Of a stretch of DNA of 64,000 nt, positions 8,630-23,359 are shown piece after piece (position 1 is the stretch's first letter; each line of letters begins with the position of its first letter). The translations under genes and the position numbers were made by a program. The stretch is taken from NCBI GenBank assembly GCA_964635055.1, contig CAZWMT010000020.1, forward strand, positions 25,145 to 89,144, written 5' to 3'. This DNA comes from an uncultured Microthrixaceae bacterium. Lineage in GTDB: Bacteria; Actinomycetota; Acidimicrobiia; Acidimicrobiales; DATDAH01. The notes beneath the pieces are model-generated. The model was not told where the DNA came from, ran no database searches, and saw only the letters and a list, made by a program, of their open reading frames with translations.

Positions 8630-9832
8630 TCAGAGCCCGAGGGCGGACTTCAGGCCGTCGACCCGGTCGAGGTTCTCCCAGGTGAAGCCGTCGCCCTCAC
8701 CCGAGCGACCGAAGTGGCCGTAGGCCGCGGTCTGCTGGTAGATCGGGCGGCGCAGGTCGAGGTCGCGCAGGATGGCGGCCGGACGGAGGTCGAACACCTC
8801 GCGGACGGCAGCCTCGATCTTGGCCTGCTCGACGGTCTCGGTGCCGAAGGTCTCGACCATGATCGACATGGGGTGGGCGACACCGATGGCGTAGGCCACC
8901 TGCACCTCGCAGCGGGAGGCGGCACCCGAGGCGACCACGTTCTTGGCCACCCAGCGGGCGGCGTAGGCGGCGGAGCGGTCGACCTTGCTAGGGTCCTTGC
9001 CCGAGAAGGCGCCGCCACCGTGGCGGCCCATGCCGCCGTAGGTGTCGACGATGATCTTGCGACCGGTGAGGCCGGCGTCGCCCACGGGGCCACCGATCAC
9101 GAAGCGACCGGTGGGGTTGACGAAGACCTCATAGTCGTCGTCGGCGAACTGGGCGGGGATGACCGGGCGGATGACGTGCTCGATCAGGTCGGGGCGGATC
9201 ATCGAGTCACGGTCGATGCCGTCGTTGTGCTGCGTGGACACCAGCACCGTGCGCAGGCGCACCGGCTTGTTGTCCTCGTAGTCGAAGGTGACCTGGGTCT
9301 TGCCGTCGGGGCGCAGGTACGGGATGGTGCCCGCCTTGCGCACCTCGGCGAGGCGCTCGGCCATGCGGTGGGCCAGGTGGATGGGCAGCGGCATGAGGAC
9401 GTCGGTCTCGTCGCACGCGTAGCCGAACATCATCCCCTGGTCGCCGGCGCCCTGCTTGTCGAGCTGGTCCTCCTCGCCGGCCTGGCCCGAGCGGACCTCC
9501 TCGGAGTCGTCCACGCCCTGGGCGATGTCCTGGGACTGCTCGTCGATCGAGATCATCACGCCGCAGGTGTTGCCGTCGTAGCCGAACGACTCGCGGTCGT
9601 ACCCGATCCCGTTGATGGTCTTGCGCACGACCCGGGGGATGTCGACGTAGGCGTCGGTGGTGATCTCGCCGGCCACGACGGCGAGGCCGGTGGTGACGAG
9701 GGTCTCGCAGGCGACCCGGCTGGCCGGGTCCTGGGCCAGCATGGCGTCGAGGATGGCATCGGAGATCTGGTCGGCCATCTTGTCGGGGTGTCCCTCGGTG
9801 ACCGATTCCGAGGTGAAGGTCCAGCTGGTCAC
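8630..9832 (-). CDS. metK: S-adenosylmethionine synthetase
   Basis: [35 protein letters not shown]. Confidence 0.98.
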   Translation of the reverse strand: MTSWTFTSESVTEGHPDKMADQISDAILDAMLAQDPASRVACETLVTTGLAVVAGEITTDAYVDIPRVVRKTINGIGYDRESFGYDGNTCGVMISIDEQSQDIAQGVDDSEEVRSGQAGEEDQLDKQGAGDQGMMFGYACDETDVLMPLPIHLAHRMAERLAEVRKAGTIPYLRPDGKTQVTFDYEDNKPVRLRTVLVSTQHNDGIDRDSMIRPDLIEHVIRPVIPAQFADDDYEVFVNPTGRFVIGGPVGDAGLTGRKIIVDTYGGMGRHGGGAFSGKDPSKVDRSAAYAARWVAKNVVASGAASRCEVQVAYAIGVAHPMSIMVETFGTETVEQAKIEAAVREVFDLRPAAILRDLDLRRPIYQQTAAYGHFGRSGEGDGFTWENLDRVDGLKSALGL

Positions 9833-11073
9833 GTGTCGCTCCCTGGGTTTTGAGGTGAGGATGGCAGGTCTTGGTGGTGGGCGGCTCGGCTCGAGACCAC
9901 GGCGTCGAGCACGGCTCTCGCCACGGCTCGCTTGTCGCTCAGAGGGATGTCCCGCTCGATTCCCGAACCCGACATGATTAGCACCTGGTTGGTGTCGTGT
10001 TCGAACCCGACCGACGGCGCGGAGACGTCGTTGGCCACGATCAGGTCGGCGCCCTTGGCCGCGAGCTTGGCCCCGGCGTTGGCCCGCAGGTCCTGGGTCT
10101 CGGCCGCGAAGCCCACGAGGGTCTGGCCGGGGCGCTTGCGGTGACCCAGCGCGGCGAGGATGTCGGGCGTGGGCTCGAGGGTGATCTCGGGCGTGCCGCC
10201 CGCCTTCTTGATCTTCTGGTCGTGGCGTTCGACGGGCCGGAAGTCGGCCACGGCGGCGGCCATGACCACCACGTCGGCGGCGTCGCTGCGGGTGAGCACG
10301 GCCTGTTCCATCTCGGCCGCGGTCTCGACCCGCACCACCTCGACGCCGGCGGCGACGGGGCGATCCACCGTGGTGACCAGCGCCACCTTGGCGCCGCGGG
10401 CGGCGGCCTCGTCGGCCAGGGCGTGGCCCTGCTTCCCGGACGACCGGTTGCCGAGGAAGCGCACGGGGTCGAGCGGCTCACGGGTGCCGCCGGCGGTGAC
10501 GAGGACCCGCAGGCCGGCCAGGTCCTGGGGCGAGAGGAGGGCGTCGACCGCGGCAACGATCACCTCGGGGTCGGCCAGCCGTCCCGCCCCGACATCGCCG
10601 CCGGCGAGGCGGCCCTCGGCCGGCGCCACGATGGTGACGCCACGCTCGGCCAGCGTGCGCAGGTTGTCCTGCACGGCCGGGTGCTCCCACATCTCGGTGT
10701 GCATGGCCGGGCAGACCACCACCGGCGCCCGGGTGGCGAGCAGGGTGGCGGTGAGCAGGTCGTCGGAGATCCCCGCGGCGTAGGCGCCGATCAGGCGGGC
10801 GGTGGCCGGGCACACCACGATCACGTCGGCCCCCTGGCCGAGGCGGGTGTGCGGGATCGGGTCGGCCTCGTCCCAGAGCGAGGTCTGCACGGGCTCGGAG
10901 GCCAACGCCGAGAACGTGACCTCCCCGACGAAGCGGGTGGCGCCCTCGGTGAGCACCGGCACCACGTGGGCGCCGGCGTCGACGAGGCGCCGGCACACCT
11001 CGACCGCCTTGTAGGCGGCGATGCCGCCGGTGACCCCGAGCACGATGCGGCGGCCCGCGACGGCCGCAGGCAT
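9829..11073 (-). CDS. coaBC: Phosphopantothenoylcysteine decarboxylase/ligase
   Basis: [49 protein letters not shown]. Confidence 0.97.
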   Translation of the reverse strand: MPAAVAGRRIVLGVTGGIAAYKAVEVCRRLVDAGAHVVPVLTEGATRFVGEVTFSALASEPVQTSLWDEADPIPHTRLGQGADVIVVCPATARLIGAYAAGISDDLLTATLLATRAPVVVCPAMHTEMWEHPAVQDNLRTLAERGVTIVAPAEGRLAGGDVGAGRLADPEVIVAAVDALLSPQDLAGLRVLVTAGGTREPLDPVRFLGNRSSGKQGHALADEAAARGAKVALVTTVDRPVAAGVEVVRVETAAEMEQAVLTRSDAADVVVMAAAVADFRPVERHDQKIKKAGGTPEITLEPTPDILAALGHRKRPGQTLVGFAAETQDLRANAGAKLAAKGADLIVANDVSAPSVGFEHDTNQVLIMSGSGIERDIPLSDKRAVARAVLDAVVSSRAAHHQDLPSSPQNPGSDT

Positions 11074-11085
11074 GGGCGTGGTTCC

Positions 11086-11406
11086 CTACTCGGTGTCGGT
11101 GTCGGGTGCGTCGCCGGCGTCGTCGGCCTCACCCTCGACCACTTCGACCTCGACGACGGGCTCGGGGTGCACACCGACGATCTTGTCGGCGGCGATCTCC
11201 TCGAAGGCGATCGACAGCGGCTTGCGGGCCAGCGAGGTGACCTGCGGAGGAACAGCCGAGCCGAGGCCCTCGCCCAACTGGTTGAAGTACGAGTTGATCT
11301 GCCGGGCCCGCATCGACCCCAGGGTGACCAGGGTGAACTTGGAGTCGACCTTCGACAGCAGGGTCTCGATCGACGGGTTCATCATCGTGTTGTGGCGCGA
11401 CGCCAT
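11086..11406 (-). CDS. rpoZ: RNA polymerase omega subunit
   Basis: NPSIETLL..VDSKFTLV...RARQINSY, KPLSIAFEEI; ATG 11406 after a GGGAG SD. Confidence 0.95.
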   Translation of the reverse strand: MASRHNTMMNPSIETLLSKVDSKFTLVTLGSMRARQINSYFNQLGEGLGSAVPPQVTSLARKPLSIAFEEIAADKIVGVHPEPVVEVEVVEGEADDAGDAPDTDTE

Positions 11407-11555
11407 GTTGGTCTCCCTCGAGGCGGACACGAAAGGATACCAGCCGGTAACCGGGAATCCCGAGTCCCGGGGACCACGCCCCGCCGGCTCGGCGCGGGCC
11501 TTCAGCGGCGGCACCCCACGTCAGCGAGCGTCCAGGCGGCGCCCACGAGGACGCA

Positions 11556-12104
11556 TCAGGCGGTGGCGGGCCCGCCCCGAGCCTCGGCGACGAGCGCCTC
11601 GATCTCGTGCAGCGCCTGGGTGAGGTCGTCGTTGACGACCACGTGGGCCCCCAGGGCGCGGGCCAGGCGGTCCTCCTCGGCGGCCTTGGCCAGGCGCTTC
11701 TGGATGGTCGCCTCGTCGTCACCCCGGCCGCGTAGGCGTTGCTCCTGGATCTCGGCCGACGGCGTCGTCACGAACACGAACACCGCATCGGGGTAGTGCT
11801 CGAGGATGGCCTTGGCGCCGTGCACGTCGATCTCGAACACCACGTCGGCGCCGTCGGGCGGGGCGGGCAGCGGCGTCCCCTGGCGGTAGTCGAGGAACTC
11901 GACCCACTCCAGGAACTGCCCGGCATCGACCGCGGCCACGAAGGTGTCGTGGTCGACGAAGTGGTAAGCGTCCTCGGCCTCGCCGGGGCGCCGCGCCCGG
12001 GTCGTCCACGATCGGCTCAGCCACAGGTTGTCGTCACGCGCCATGAGGCGGTCGACCAGGGTGCCCTTGCCGGCGCCGCCCGGCCCGGAGATGACCAGCT
12101 TCAC
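11556..12104 (-). CDS. gmk: Guanylate kinase
   Basis: [33 protein letters not shown]. Confidence 0.95.
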   Translation of the reverse strand: MKLVISGPGGAGKGTLVDRLMARDDNLWLSRSWTTRARRPGEAEDAYHFVDHDTFVAAVDAGQFLEWVEFLDYRQGTPLPAPPDGADVVFEIDVHGAKAILEHYPDAVFVFVTTPSAEIQEQRLRGRGDDEATIQKRLAKAAEEDRLARALGAHVVVNDDLTQALHEIEALVAEARGGPATA

Positions 12105-12424
12105 GGCTGCGGCGGGAACGCGGCCAGCAGCTTCTCGCGCTGGTGCTCGCCCACCCCCCGCACACGACGGGAGTGGGCGATGCCGATGGTGTCCATCGTG
12201 CGGCGGGCCTTGACCTTGCCGACCGTGGGCAGCGACTCGAGGATCGTCAGGATCTTGGTGCCGGCCACGATCGCATCGTCGCCGGCCTGCACGAACACCT
12301 CCGCCAGGGTGACCCGTCCGGCCTTCAGCTCCTCCTTGAGCTGGGCCCGGGCCTGACGCGCGGCGAGGGCCTTCTCGCGGGCGGCGGCCCGCTGGGCGTC
12401 GGTCAGCGAAGGTGGTCGGGGCAC
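12101..12424 (-). CDS. mihF: Actinobacterial integration host factor (mIHF/sIHF)
   Basis: [43 protein letters not shown]; lies between pyrF and gmk. Confidence 0.92.
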   Translation of the reverse strand: MPRPPSLTDAQRAAAREKALAARQARAQLKEELKAGRVTLAEVFVQAGDDAIVAGTKILTILESLPTVGKVKARRTMDTIGIAHSRRVRGVGEHQREKLLAAFPPQP

Positions 12425-12464
12425 GGCTCGGACCCTACCCGGGGCGCAGCGGTCCGCCGAACGG

Positions 12465-13172
12465 TCAGCGCAGGCCCGCGACCAGCGCCTCGGCGGCGGC
12501 GACGGGGTCGTCGGCCAGCGTGACCGGGCGGCCGATGACCATCAGGTCGGCACCGGCGTCGAGCGCCTCCTGCGGGGTGGCGGTGCGGCGCTGGTCGTTG
12601 GCGTCGGCGCCCGCTGGACGGATGCCGGGCGACACCCGATACAGCCGGGGGGCGTACTCGTGCACGTCCTTGAGGTCGGACGCCGCGCAGACGATGCCAC
12701 CGCAGCCCGCCTCGGCCGCCACCATCACCCGCTTCGGCACGATGTGGGGCGGGGCGTCGGCGTCGCTGGTCAACACGGTGACCGCGAGCGCCATCGGCGG
12801 CCGCAGCCCGGCGTTGGACGCGCCCTCGGCCAGGCCGGTGACCCCGGCGCGCAGCATCGGCACCCCGCCGTGGGCGTGGAGGGTCAGGTAACTCACCCCG
12901 AGCGACCCCAGCACCCGGGCGGCCTTCTCGACCGTGGTGGGGATGTCGTGCAGCTTCAGGTCGAGGAACACGTCGTAGCCCAGGTCCTTCAGCGCCCCGA
13001 TCGTGTCGGGCCCGACCGCGCTGAACAGCTCGAGGCCCACCTTCGCGACTCGGAAGTACGGCTGCAGGCGTCGGGCGAGGCGCATGGCCGCGACCAGGTC
13101 GTCCACGTCGAGGGCGAGGGCCAGGTGGTCCCGTGCGCCCGTGGCCGTGGCGGCCGTGTCGGTCTCAGTCAT
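12465..13172 (-). CDS. pyrF: Orotidine-5'-phosphate decarboxylase
   Basis: ALALD, KVGLEL, DLKLHDIPTTV, SPGIRP, DQRR, VIGRP; start ATG 13172. Confidence 0.96.
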   Translation of the reverse strand: MTETDTAATATGARDHLALALDVDDLVAAMRLARRLQPYFRVAKVGLELFSAVGPDTIGALKDLGYDVFLDLKLHDIPTTVEKAARVLGSLGVSYLTLHAHGGVPMLRAGVTGLAEGASNAGLRPPMALAVTVLTSDADAPPHIVPKRVMVAAEAGCGGIVCAASDLKDVHEYAPRLYRVSPGIRPAGADANDQRRTATPQEALDAGADLMVIGRPVTLADDPVAAAEALVAGLR

Positions 13173-14082
13173 GTGCTCCTCCGATGATGTCGTCGAGACG
13201 GTGCTGCGCCTGGCGTTCGGTCCACTCTGCCAATTCTTCCAGTACGCGTGCCGGTGCGCGTGGATCGGCGAAGGTGGCTGTCCCCACCTGCACTGCGGAC
13301 GCCCCCGCCAGCAACAGCTCCGCGGCGTCCGCACCGCAGGCCACGCCGCCCACACCGATGATCGGCAGGTCGGGGTGGGCGGCGTGGGTCTCGTAGACGG
13401 CCCGCACCGCCACCGGGTGGATCGCGGGGCCCGAGAGCCCGCCGCCACCGTTGCCCAGGCGCGGCCTCCGGGTGTCGGGGTCGATGAGCAGGCCCATCAG
13501 GGTGTTGACCAGCGTCACCGCCTCCGCGCCCCCGATCCGTGCGGCCGACGCGATGGCGGGCAGATCGGTGACGTTGGGGCTCAGCTTCGCCCAACGAGGT
13601 CGCCCGCAGCCCGCGGTGGCGGCCATGGCCTCGGTGGTCGCCGCCTCGGAGTGGGCGAACATCGAGTCCCGGCTCTCCACGTTCGGGCACGACAGGTTCA
13701 CCTCGACCGCCACCACCTGCTCGGGCGCGTCGGTCAGCAGGGCGGCGGCCCGCGCGTAGTCGTCCACCGAGCGCCCCCAGATGGAGACCACGACCCGGGC
13801 CCCGGTGGCCAGCAGGCCGGGCAGGTCGTCCTGGAGCCAGGCGTCGACGCCCGGGCCTTGGAGCCCGACGCTGTTCAGCATCCCCGCCGGGGTCTCGTGC
13901 ACCCTGGGCGCCGGGTTCCCCGCCCAGGGCCCGGCGGAAAGGGACTTGACCACCACTGCCCCCAGCGACGAGAGGTCCAGATAGGGCGCCAGCTCGGTGC
14001 CGTGGCCCGCCGTCCCCGATGCGGTCATGACGGGGTTCGGCAGGGTCACCGACCCGACCCTGGTGGTCAGGTCCATCCGCAC
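13165..14082 (-). CDS. pyrD: Dihydroorotate dehydrogenase, family 1 catalytic subunit
   Basis: NPVMTASGT, GNPAPR, NSVGLQGPG, NLSCPNV, KLSPNVTD, GGLSGPAI; ATG 14076 is an alternative start. Confidence 0.95.
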   Translation of the reverse strand: MRMDLTTRVGSVTLPNPVMTASGTAGHGTELAPYLDLSSLGAVVVKSLSAGPWAGNPAPRVHETPAGMLNSVGLQGPGVDAWLQDDLPGLLATGARVVVSIWGRSVDDYARAAALLTDAPEQVVAVEVNLSCPNVESRDSMFAHSEAATTEAMAATAGCGRPRWAKLSPNVTDLPAIASAARIGGAEAVTLVNTLMGLLIDPDTRRPRLGNGGGGLSGPAIHPVAVRAVYETHAAHPDLPIIGVGGVACGADAAELLLAGASAVQVGTATFADPRAPARVLEELAEWTERQAQHRLDDIIGGAHD

Positions 14083-14095
14083 CCTGGACCAGCGG

Positions 14096-17419
<3,324 letters not shown>

Positions 17420-17444
17420 CAGCGACCTGTGGCGGTGGGGGTCG

Positions 17445-18524
17445 TCATGCGAAGTCATCCATGAGGTCGTCGAACAGGTCGAAGAGGTACCGCGAGTCGT
17501 GGGGGCCCGGCCCGGCCTCGGGGTGGTACTGCACCGAGAAGGCGGGCAGGTCGCGCACCCGGATGCCCTCCACGACCCCGTCGTTGAGGTTGACGTGGCT
17601 CACGTCGGCCGAGGACAACGAGCCCTCCGCCACCGCGTAGTTGTGGTTCTGGCTCGTGATCTCGATCAGGCCGGTGTCGAGGCGGCGGACCGGGTGGTTG
17701 CCCCCGTGATGGCCGAACGGGAGCTTGTAGGTGCTGGCGCCGAGCGCGGTGGCCAGCAGTTGGTGCCCCAGGCAGATGCCGAAGATCGGCACCTCGCCCA
17801 GGAGCCCCCTGATGGCCTCGACGGTTCCCGTGACCGCGGCCGGGTCGCCCGGGCCGTTGGACAGGAAGACGCCGTCGGGGTTGCGGGCCAGCACCTCGTC
17901 CGCGGAGGTGGTGGCCGGTACGACCTCGACCGTGGCCCGCGCGCCGAGGTGGTGCAGGATCGTCGCCTTCATGCCGAGGTCGTAGGCCACCACCCGGCGC
18001 GGCCCGTCACCCACGACGTATGGATCCACGCAGGTCACCTCGGCGACCAGGTCGCGGCCGTCGGTGCCCGGCTCGGCCAGCGCCGCAGCCTTGAGCGCCA
18101 CCTCGTCGGCGGTGCCGAAGGCGGCGGGCATGGCTCCCGCCTCGCGGATGTGGCGGGTGAGGCGGCGGGTGTCGATCCCGGCGATCCCGGGCACCCCGTG
18201 GGCGGTGAGGAGGTCGTCGAGGCCGCCGGTGGCACGCCAGTTGCTGCGCCGCCGGGCCAGCTCCCGGACGACCACGCCCCGACAGAACGGCCGGCGGCTC
18301 TCGTCGTCGAGGGGGGTCACGCCGTAGTTGCCGATGTGCGGATAGGTGAACGAGATGATCTGCCCTGCGTAGGACGGGTCGGTGATGACCTCCTGGTAGC
18401 CGGACAGCACCGTGTTGAACACGACCTCGCCGGTGGCGATGCCATCGGGGGGCTCGGCACCGATGGCCTCACCCTCGAAGGTGCTGCCGTCCTGCAGCAC
18501 CAGCAGGGCGGGTCGGATGCTCAT
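17445..18524 (-). CDS. carA: Carbamoyl-phosphate synthase small subunit
   Basis: [36 protein letters not shown]. Confidence 0.98.
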   Translation of the reverse strand: MSIRPALLVLQDGSTFEGEAIGAEPPDGIATGEVVFNTVLSGYQEVITDPSYAGQIISFTYPHIGNYGVTPLDDESRRPFCRGVVVRELARRRSNWRATGGLDDLLTAHGVPGIAGIDTRRLTRHIREAGAMPAAFGTADEVALKAAALAEPGTDGRDLVAEVTCVDPYVVGDGPRRVVAYDLGMKATILHHLGARATVEVVPATTSADEVLARNPDGVFLSNGPGDPAAVTGTVEAIRGLLGEVPIFGICLGHQLLATALGASTYKLPFGHHGGNHPVRRLDTGLIEITSQNHNYAVAEGSLSSADVSHVNLNDGVVEGIRVRDLPAFSVQYHPEAGPGPHDSRYLFDLFDDLMDDFA

Positions 18525-18622
18525 CGTTGCGCTTCTCCCCGCGTGCCTGCGCCGCCTCCGGCGTCGCCCCTCCCGACTCGAGCGTGCGCGGCTGCGCCGC
18601 TCCGCTCCGCAGTGTCACTCAT
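18521..18622 (-). repeat. MIRU-like intercistronic insert encoding a 33-aa coupled micro-ORF
   Basis: Its ATG overlaps the pyrC stop and its stop overlaps the carA ATG (both ATGA); it ends in GEAQR* exactly as PyrC does. Confidence 0.65.
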
Positions 18623-19892
18623 CGCTGGGCCTCTCCATCGAGCACGACCGGTTCTCCGTACAGGAAGGTGTGGCGGACCCGGCCGGTCAGGCTCCGGCCC
18701 GCGTAGGGGTTGTTGCGGCTGCGGCTGGCCGATCGGCTCGGGTCGACCGTCCACGTGGCCGTGGGGTCGATCACGCAGAGGTTGGCGGGGCGACCGGCGA
18801 CGACGGGCCCGCCGTGCTGGTCGGACAGCCCGGCGATGGCCGCAGGCTGCCACGACAGCAGCGCGAGCACCGTCGCGATGTCGAGGTCGAGCTCGGTCAG
18901 CGCCAGTGCCAGCGCGGTCTCGAGGCCCAGCATGCCCGGCGGCGCCTGGTCGAACGCCTGCTCCTTGGCCTCCTGCGTGTGGGGGGCGTGGTCGGTGGCG
19001 ATGGCGTCGATGGCCCCGTCGGCCAGGCCGGACCGCACCGCCTGCACGTCGTCGTCGGGCCGCAGGGGCGGGTTGACCTTGAAGACCGGGTCGTAGGAGG
19101 CCACCGCGGCGTCGGTGAGCGTGAAGTGGTGGGTGGTCGCCTCAGCCGTGACGGCCAGGCCGCGGGCCTTGGCCGCACGGACCAGGTCCACCGACACCGC
19201 CGTGGAGAGGTGCTGGAAGTGCACCCGCATACCGGTGAGCCGGGACAGGACGACGTCACGCGCCACCATCAGCTCCTCGGCCTCGGCCGGCGCGCCAGGG
19301 ATGCCGAGGCGGCTCGACCACTCCCCCTCGTGCATGTGGCCCCCGACGGCGAGGGCCGCCACCTCGCAGTGCTGCGCCAGGGCGACGTCCTGTGGGAGGC
19401 CCGAGGCGTACTCGAGGGCCCGCCGCATGAGGCCCGCGTCCTGCACGCCGTCGCCGTCATCGGTGAACAGCCGCACGCCCAGGTCGGCCATCTCGGCCAT
19501 CGGCGCGAGCTGCTCGCCCTTGCGCCCGACGGTGATGGCACCGGACGAGTGCACGTCGCACGGCGCGGCGCGCCCGAGCTCGAGCACCTCACGGACGACC
19601 GACGCGCTGTCGATGACCGGATCGGTGTTGGGCATGGCCACGACCGCGGTGAACCCCCCGAGGGCGGCGGCCCTGGAGCCGGTCTCGACGGTCTCGGCTT
19701 CTTCCCGGCCTGGCTGTCGCAGGTGGGTGTGCAGGTCCACCAGGCCCGGGGCGACCACGCATCCGGAGGCGTCCACGACCCGTCCCCCGTCGAGGCCCGC
19801 TCCCACCGCGGCGACGGTGCCGTCGTCGTCGACGGCCACGTCTGCGGCACGCGCACCGGTGGCATCGATCACGGTGCCACCCTTGATCACGA

Positions 19893-19896
<4 letters not shown>
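18619..19896 (-). CDS. pyrC: Dihydroorotase
   Basis: [41 protein letters not shown] 19896 overlaps the pyrB stop. Confidence 0.96.
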
Positions 19897-20836
<940 letters not shown>

Positions 20837-20840
<4 letters not shown>

Positions 20841-21415
20841 TTGCGCATCTCCCCCAGGTCGACCCCGTCGGGGGTGACGTCGACCACCTCGTCGCGCCGG
20901 GTGGGGAGGTTCTTGCCGACGTAGTCCGGCCGGATGGGCAACTCGCGGTGCCCCCGATCGATCATCACCGCCAACTGGATGGCGCGGGGGCGGCCGTAGT
21001 CGGTGAGCGCGTCGAGGGCGGCCCGGATGGTGCGGCCGGTGAACAGCACGTCGTCGACGAGGACCACGTACTTCCCGGTGATGTCGAAGGGGATGTCGGT
21101 GACCGCCTCGGGTAGGACCGGTCGCAGTCCGATGTCGTCCCGGTAGAAGGCCACGTCGAGCGTGCCCAGCGGCACGGGCGGCGCGTCGGGCTCCTCGCCC
21201 ACGTCGTGCATGGCGGTGGCGAGCGCCTCGGCCAAGGCCACGCCCCCGGTCTGCAGGCCGATCACGACGGTGTCCACCACGCCCTGGTTGCGCTCGATGA
21301 CCTCGTGGGCCATGCGCCAGATGGCCCGACGGATGTCGTCGGCCTCCATCACTCGTGCCCGGGCAACGAAAACGCCCCCGTAGGGGGGCGTGATCCGGCG
21401 TTCTCGTTCAGCCAA
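20837..21415 (-). CDS. pyrR: Pyrimidine operon regulator / uracil phosphoribosyltransferase
   Basis: [55 protein letters not shown] 21415 has an upstream GAGAGG, but the start is uncertain. Confidence 0.95.
21365..21391 (-). terminator. Intrinsic terminator-like hairpin (putative attenuator) in the pyrR 5' region
   Basis: Minus strand ACGCCCCC-CTAC-GGGGGCGT followed by TTTCGTT. Confidence 0.65.
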
Positions 21416-21436
21416 GCGGCATCCTCTCTGTCCGTT

Positions 21437-21457
21437 CGGGCCTCACGGGACCCGATT
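21437..21457 (-). promoter_or_regulatory. PyrR-binding RNA hairpin
   Basis: AATCGGGTCCCGTGAGGCCCG matches the PyrR binding-loop core UCCnGnGAGGY; directly upstream of the pyrR SD. Confidence 0.8.
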
Positions 21458-21508
21458 CACGGTCAGGAGTGCACCGTAGCAGCTGCGCGGGTCGCGCCGA
21501 TCGGTCCC

Positions 21509-22723
21509 TCAGGGACAGACCCACCGGTCGGGCCCGGCGGCCCGGAACCCGGCGCGACGGAGCACCGCCGTCGACGCGCGATTGCGGGGGTCCACCCTTG
21601 CCCGCACCTGGCGCAACCCGTGCTGGTTGAGCGCCCACGCCGTCAGGAGGCGCACCGCGCGGGTGGCGTGACCCCGGCCACGGTGCTCCGGGCCGATCCA
21701 GTAGCCGATGTCGGCGCCGCCGTCGTCGTCGAAGGCCGACAGCGCCACCTCGCCCAGCACGACGGGCCTCGGCCCGATCGAGGCGATGACCAGGTCGAGG
21801 GCAAGGCCGCGTGCCCGCAGCGCCGGGGTGCCCGCGATCCAGCGCCGGGCATCGACGAGGGACCGCCGGGCGGGCGGGGCGCTCCAGCGACCCACCGCCG
21901 GGTCGGACCATGCCGCCACGAGCGCCGCGGCGTCGGCGGGTTGCCAGGGCCGCAGGCGGATCACGCCGTCACCCAGCGGCGGCTGGGGCAGACCGAGGGG
22001 CAGGAGCGGCCGGCCCGCTCCCGGCGGCGGCTCGGGATCCGTCCGCACCGACGCCGGCTCGGGCTCGCGCTCGGTGACCACCGGATCACCGACCGACGAC
22101 TCGGTGAGCACCGGAACGGCGACCAACGACTCGGCGCTCGACGACTCGGTGAGCACCGGCTCGGCGCGGGGCGGCTCAGCAGGCCGGCGCACCGCCTCGG
22201 AGCGGGCCACGACCGGCGCGGGCGAGGATCCGGGAGCGACCGGCAGCTCGAAGTCGGGGTCGACCCCGAGGTCGATCGTCTCGGTGGGCGCTCGCTCGGG
22301 GGGCAGGTGGGGCGGCGGCGCCTCGCCGCCGCGCGTCTCGGTGGCGATGCGGGCCAGCAGCCCGTTCACGAACCGGCCCGACTCGTCGGTGGAGTACTCG
22401 GACGCCAGCTCGACCGCCTCGGACACCACGGCGGCGGTGGGCACGCCGGGCTCGGCCAGCAACTCGTACACGGCGACCCGCAGCACCGCCCGATCCACCG
22501 CCGGCATGCGCTCGAGCCGCCAGCCCTTCGAGTACCGCGACAACAAGGCGTCGATCTCGTCGCCGTGCTCCTCGACGCCGCGCACCAGGCGGGCGGCGTA
22601 GGGGTCGGGCTCGACCGGCAGTTGGTCGATCACGGCCGCGGGGCTGTCGGACTTCGCCTCCGCCTCGTACAGCAGCGCCAGGGCCCGTTCACGTGCCTCT
22701 CGTCGGCTGCCGGCGGTGGTCAT
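21509..22723 (-). CDS. nusB: NusB fused via a Pro/Glu/Ser-rich linker to a RimJ/RimL-type GNAT domain
   Basis: N-terminal RREARERALALLYE, WRLERMPAVDRAVLR, FVNGLL; C-terminal IRLRPW, IGYWIGPEHRGRGHATRAV, NRASTAVLRRAGF; a single open frame. Confidence 0.88.
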   Translation of the reverse strand: MTTAGSRREARERALALLYEAEAKSDSPAAVIDQLPVEPDPYAARLVRGVEEHGDEIDALLSRYSKGWRLERMPAVDRAVLRVAVYELLAEPGVPTAAVVSEAVELASEYSTDESGRFVNGLLARIATETRGGEAPPPHLPPERAPTETIDLGVDPDFELPVAPGSSPAPVVARSEAVRRPAEPPRAEPVLTESSSAESLVAVPVLTESSVGDPVVTEREPEPASVRTDPEPPPGAGRPLLPLGLPQPPLGDGVIRLRPWQPADAAALVAAWSDPAVGRWSAPPARRSLVDARRWIAGTPALRARGLALDLVIASIGPRPVVLGEVALSAFDDDGGADIGYWIGPEHRGRGHATRAVRLLTAWALNQHGLRQVRARVDPRNRASTAVLRRAGFRAAGPDRWVCP

Positions 22724-22736
22724 GGGTGGGTCCCGC

Positions 22737-23300
22737 TCAGGCGCGGCTGAGGTACTCGCCCGTGCGCGTGTCGACCTTTATGCGATCACCCGGGCCCACG
22801 AAGAGGGGTACCTGGACCACGAGTCCGGTCTCGAGCGTGGCCGGCTTGCGGGCACCCGAGACCCGGTCACCCTGGATGCCGGGCTCGGTCTCGGCGATGG
22901 CCAGCTCGACGGCCGCGGGCAGGTCGACCCCCACGATCTCGTCCCGGTACATCTGGAGGATCGCGGCGTTGCCCTCGATGAGGTAGTTGGCCGAGTCGCC
23001 CAGCGCGGCCGGGCCCACGTTGATCTGGTCGTACGAGTCGTTGTCCATGAACACGTAGTCGTCGCCCTCGCGGTAGAGGAACTGCATCTCCCGCTTGTCG
23101 ATGACGGCGCGCTCGACCTTCTCACCGCCGCGGAAGGTGCGGTCGACGACGGCGCCGTTGCGCACGTTCTTCAGCGTGGTGCGCACGAAGGCGCCGCCCT
23201 TGCCGGGCTTGACGTGCTGGAACTCGACCACCTGGAACAGGCCGTCGTCGAGGTCGAGGCTCATGCCGTTCTTGAGGTCGTTGGTGGTGATGGTGGCCAT
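22737..23300 (-). CDS. efp: Elongation factor P
   Basis: [37 protein letters not shown]; start ATG 23300. Confidence 0.98.
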   Translation of the reverse strand: MATITTNDLKNGMSLDLDDGLFQVVEFQHVKPGKGGAFVRTTLKNVRNGAVVDRTFRGGEKVERAVIDKREMQFLYREGDDYVFMDNDSYDQINVGPAALGDSANYLIEGNAAILQMYRDEIVGVDLPAAVELAIAETEPGIQGDRVSGARKPATLETGLVVQVPLFVGPGDRIKVDTRTGEYLSRA

Positions 23301-23359
23301 GGTGCGGTCCTTGTGGGCAGCGAGATCGGTGGTGCAGCGAGTGGTGCGGGCGCCGGGGG

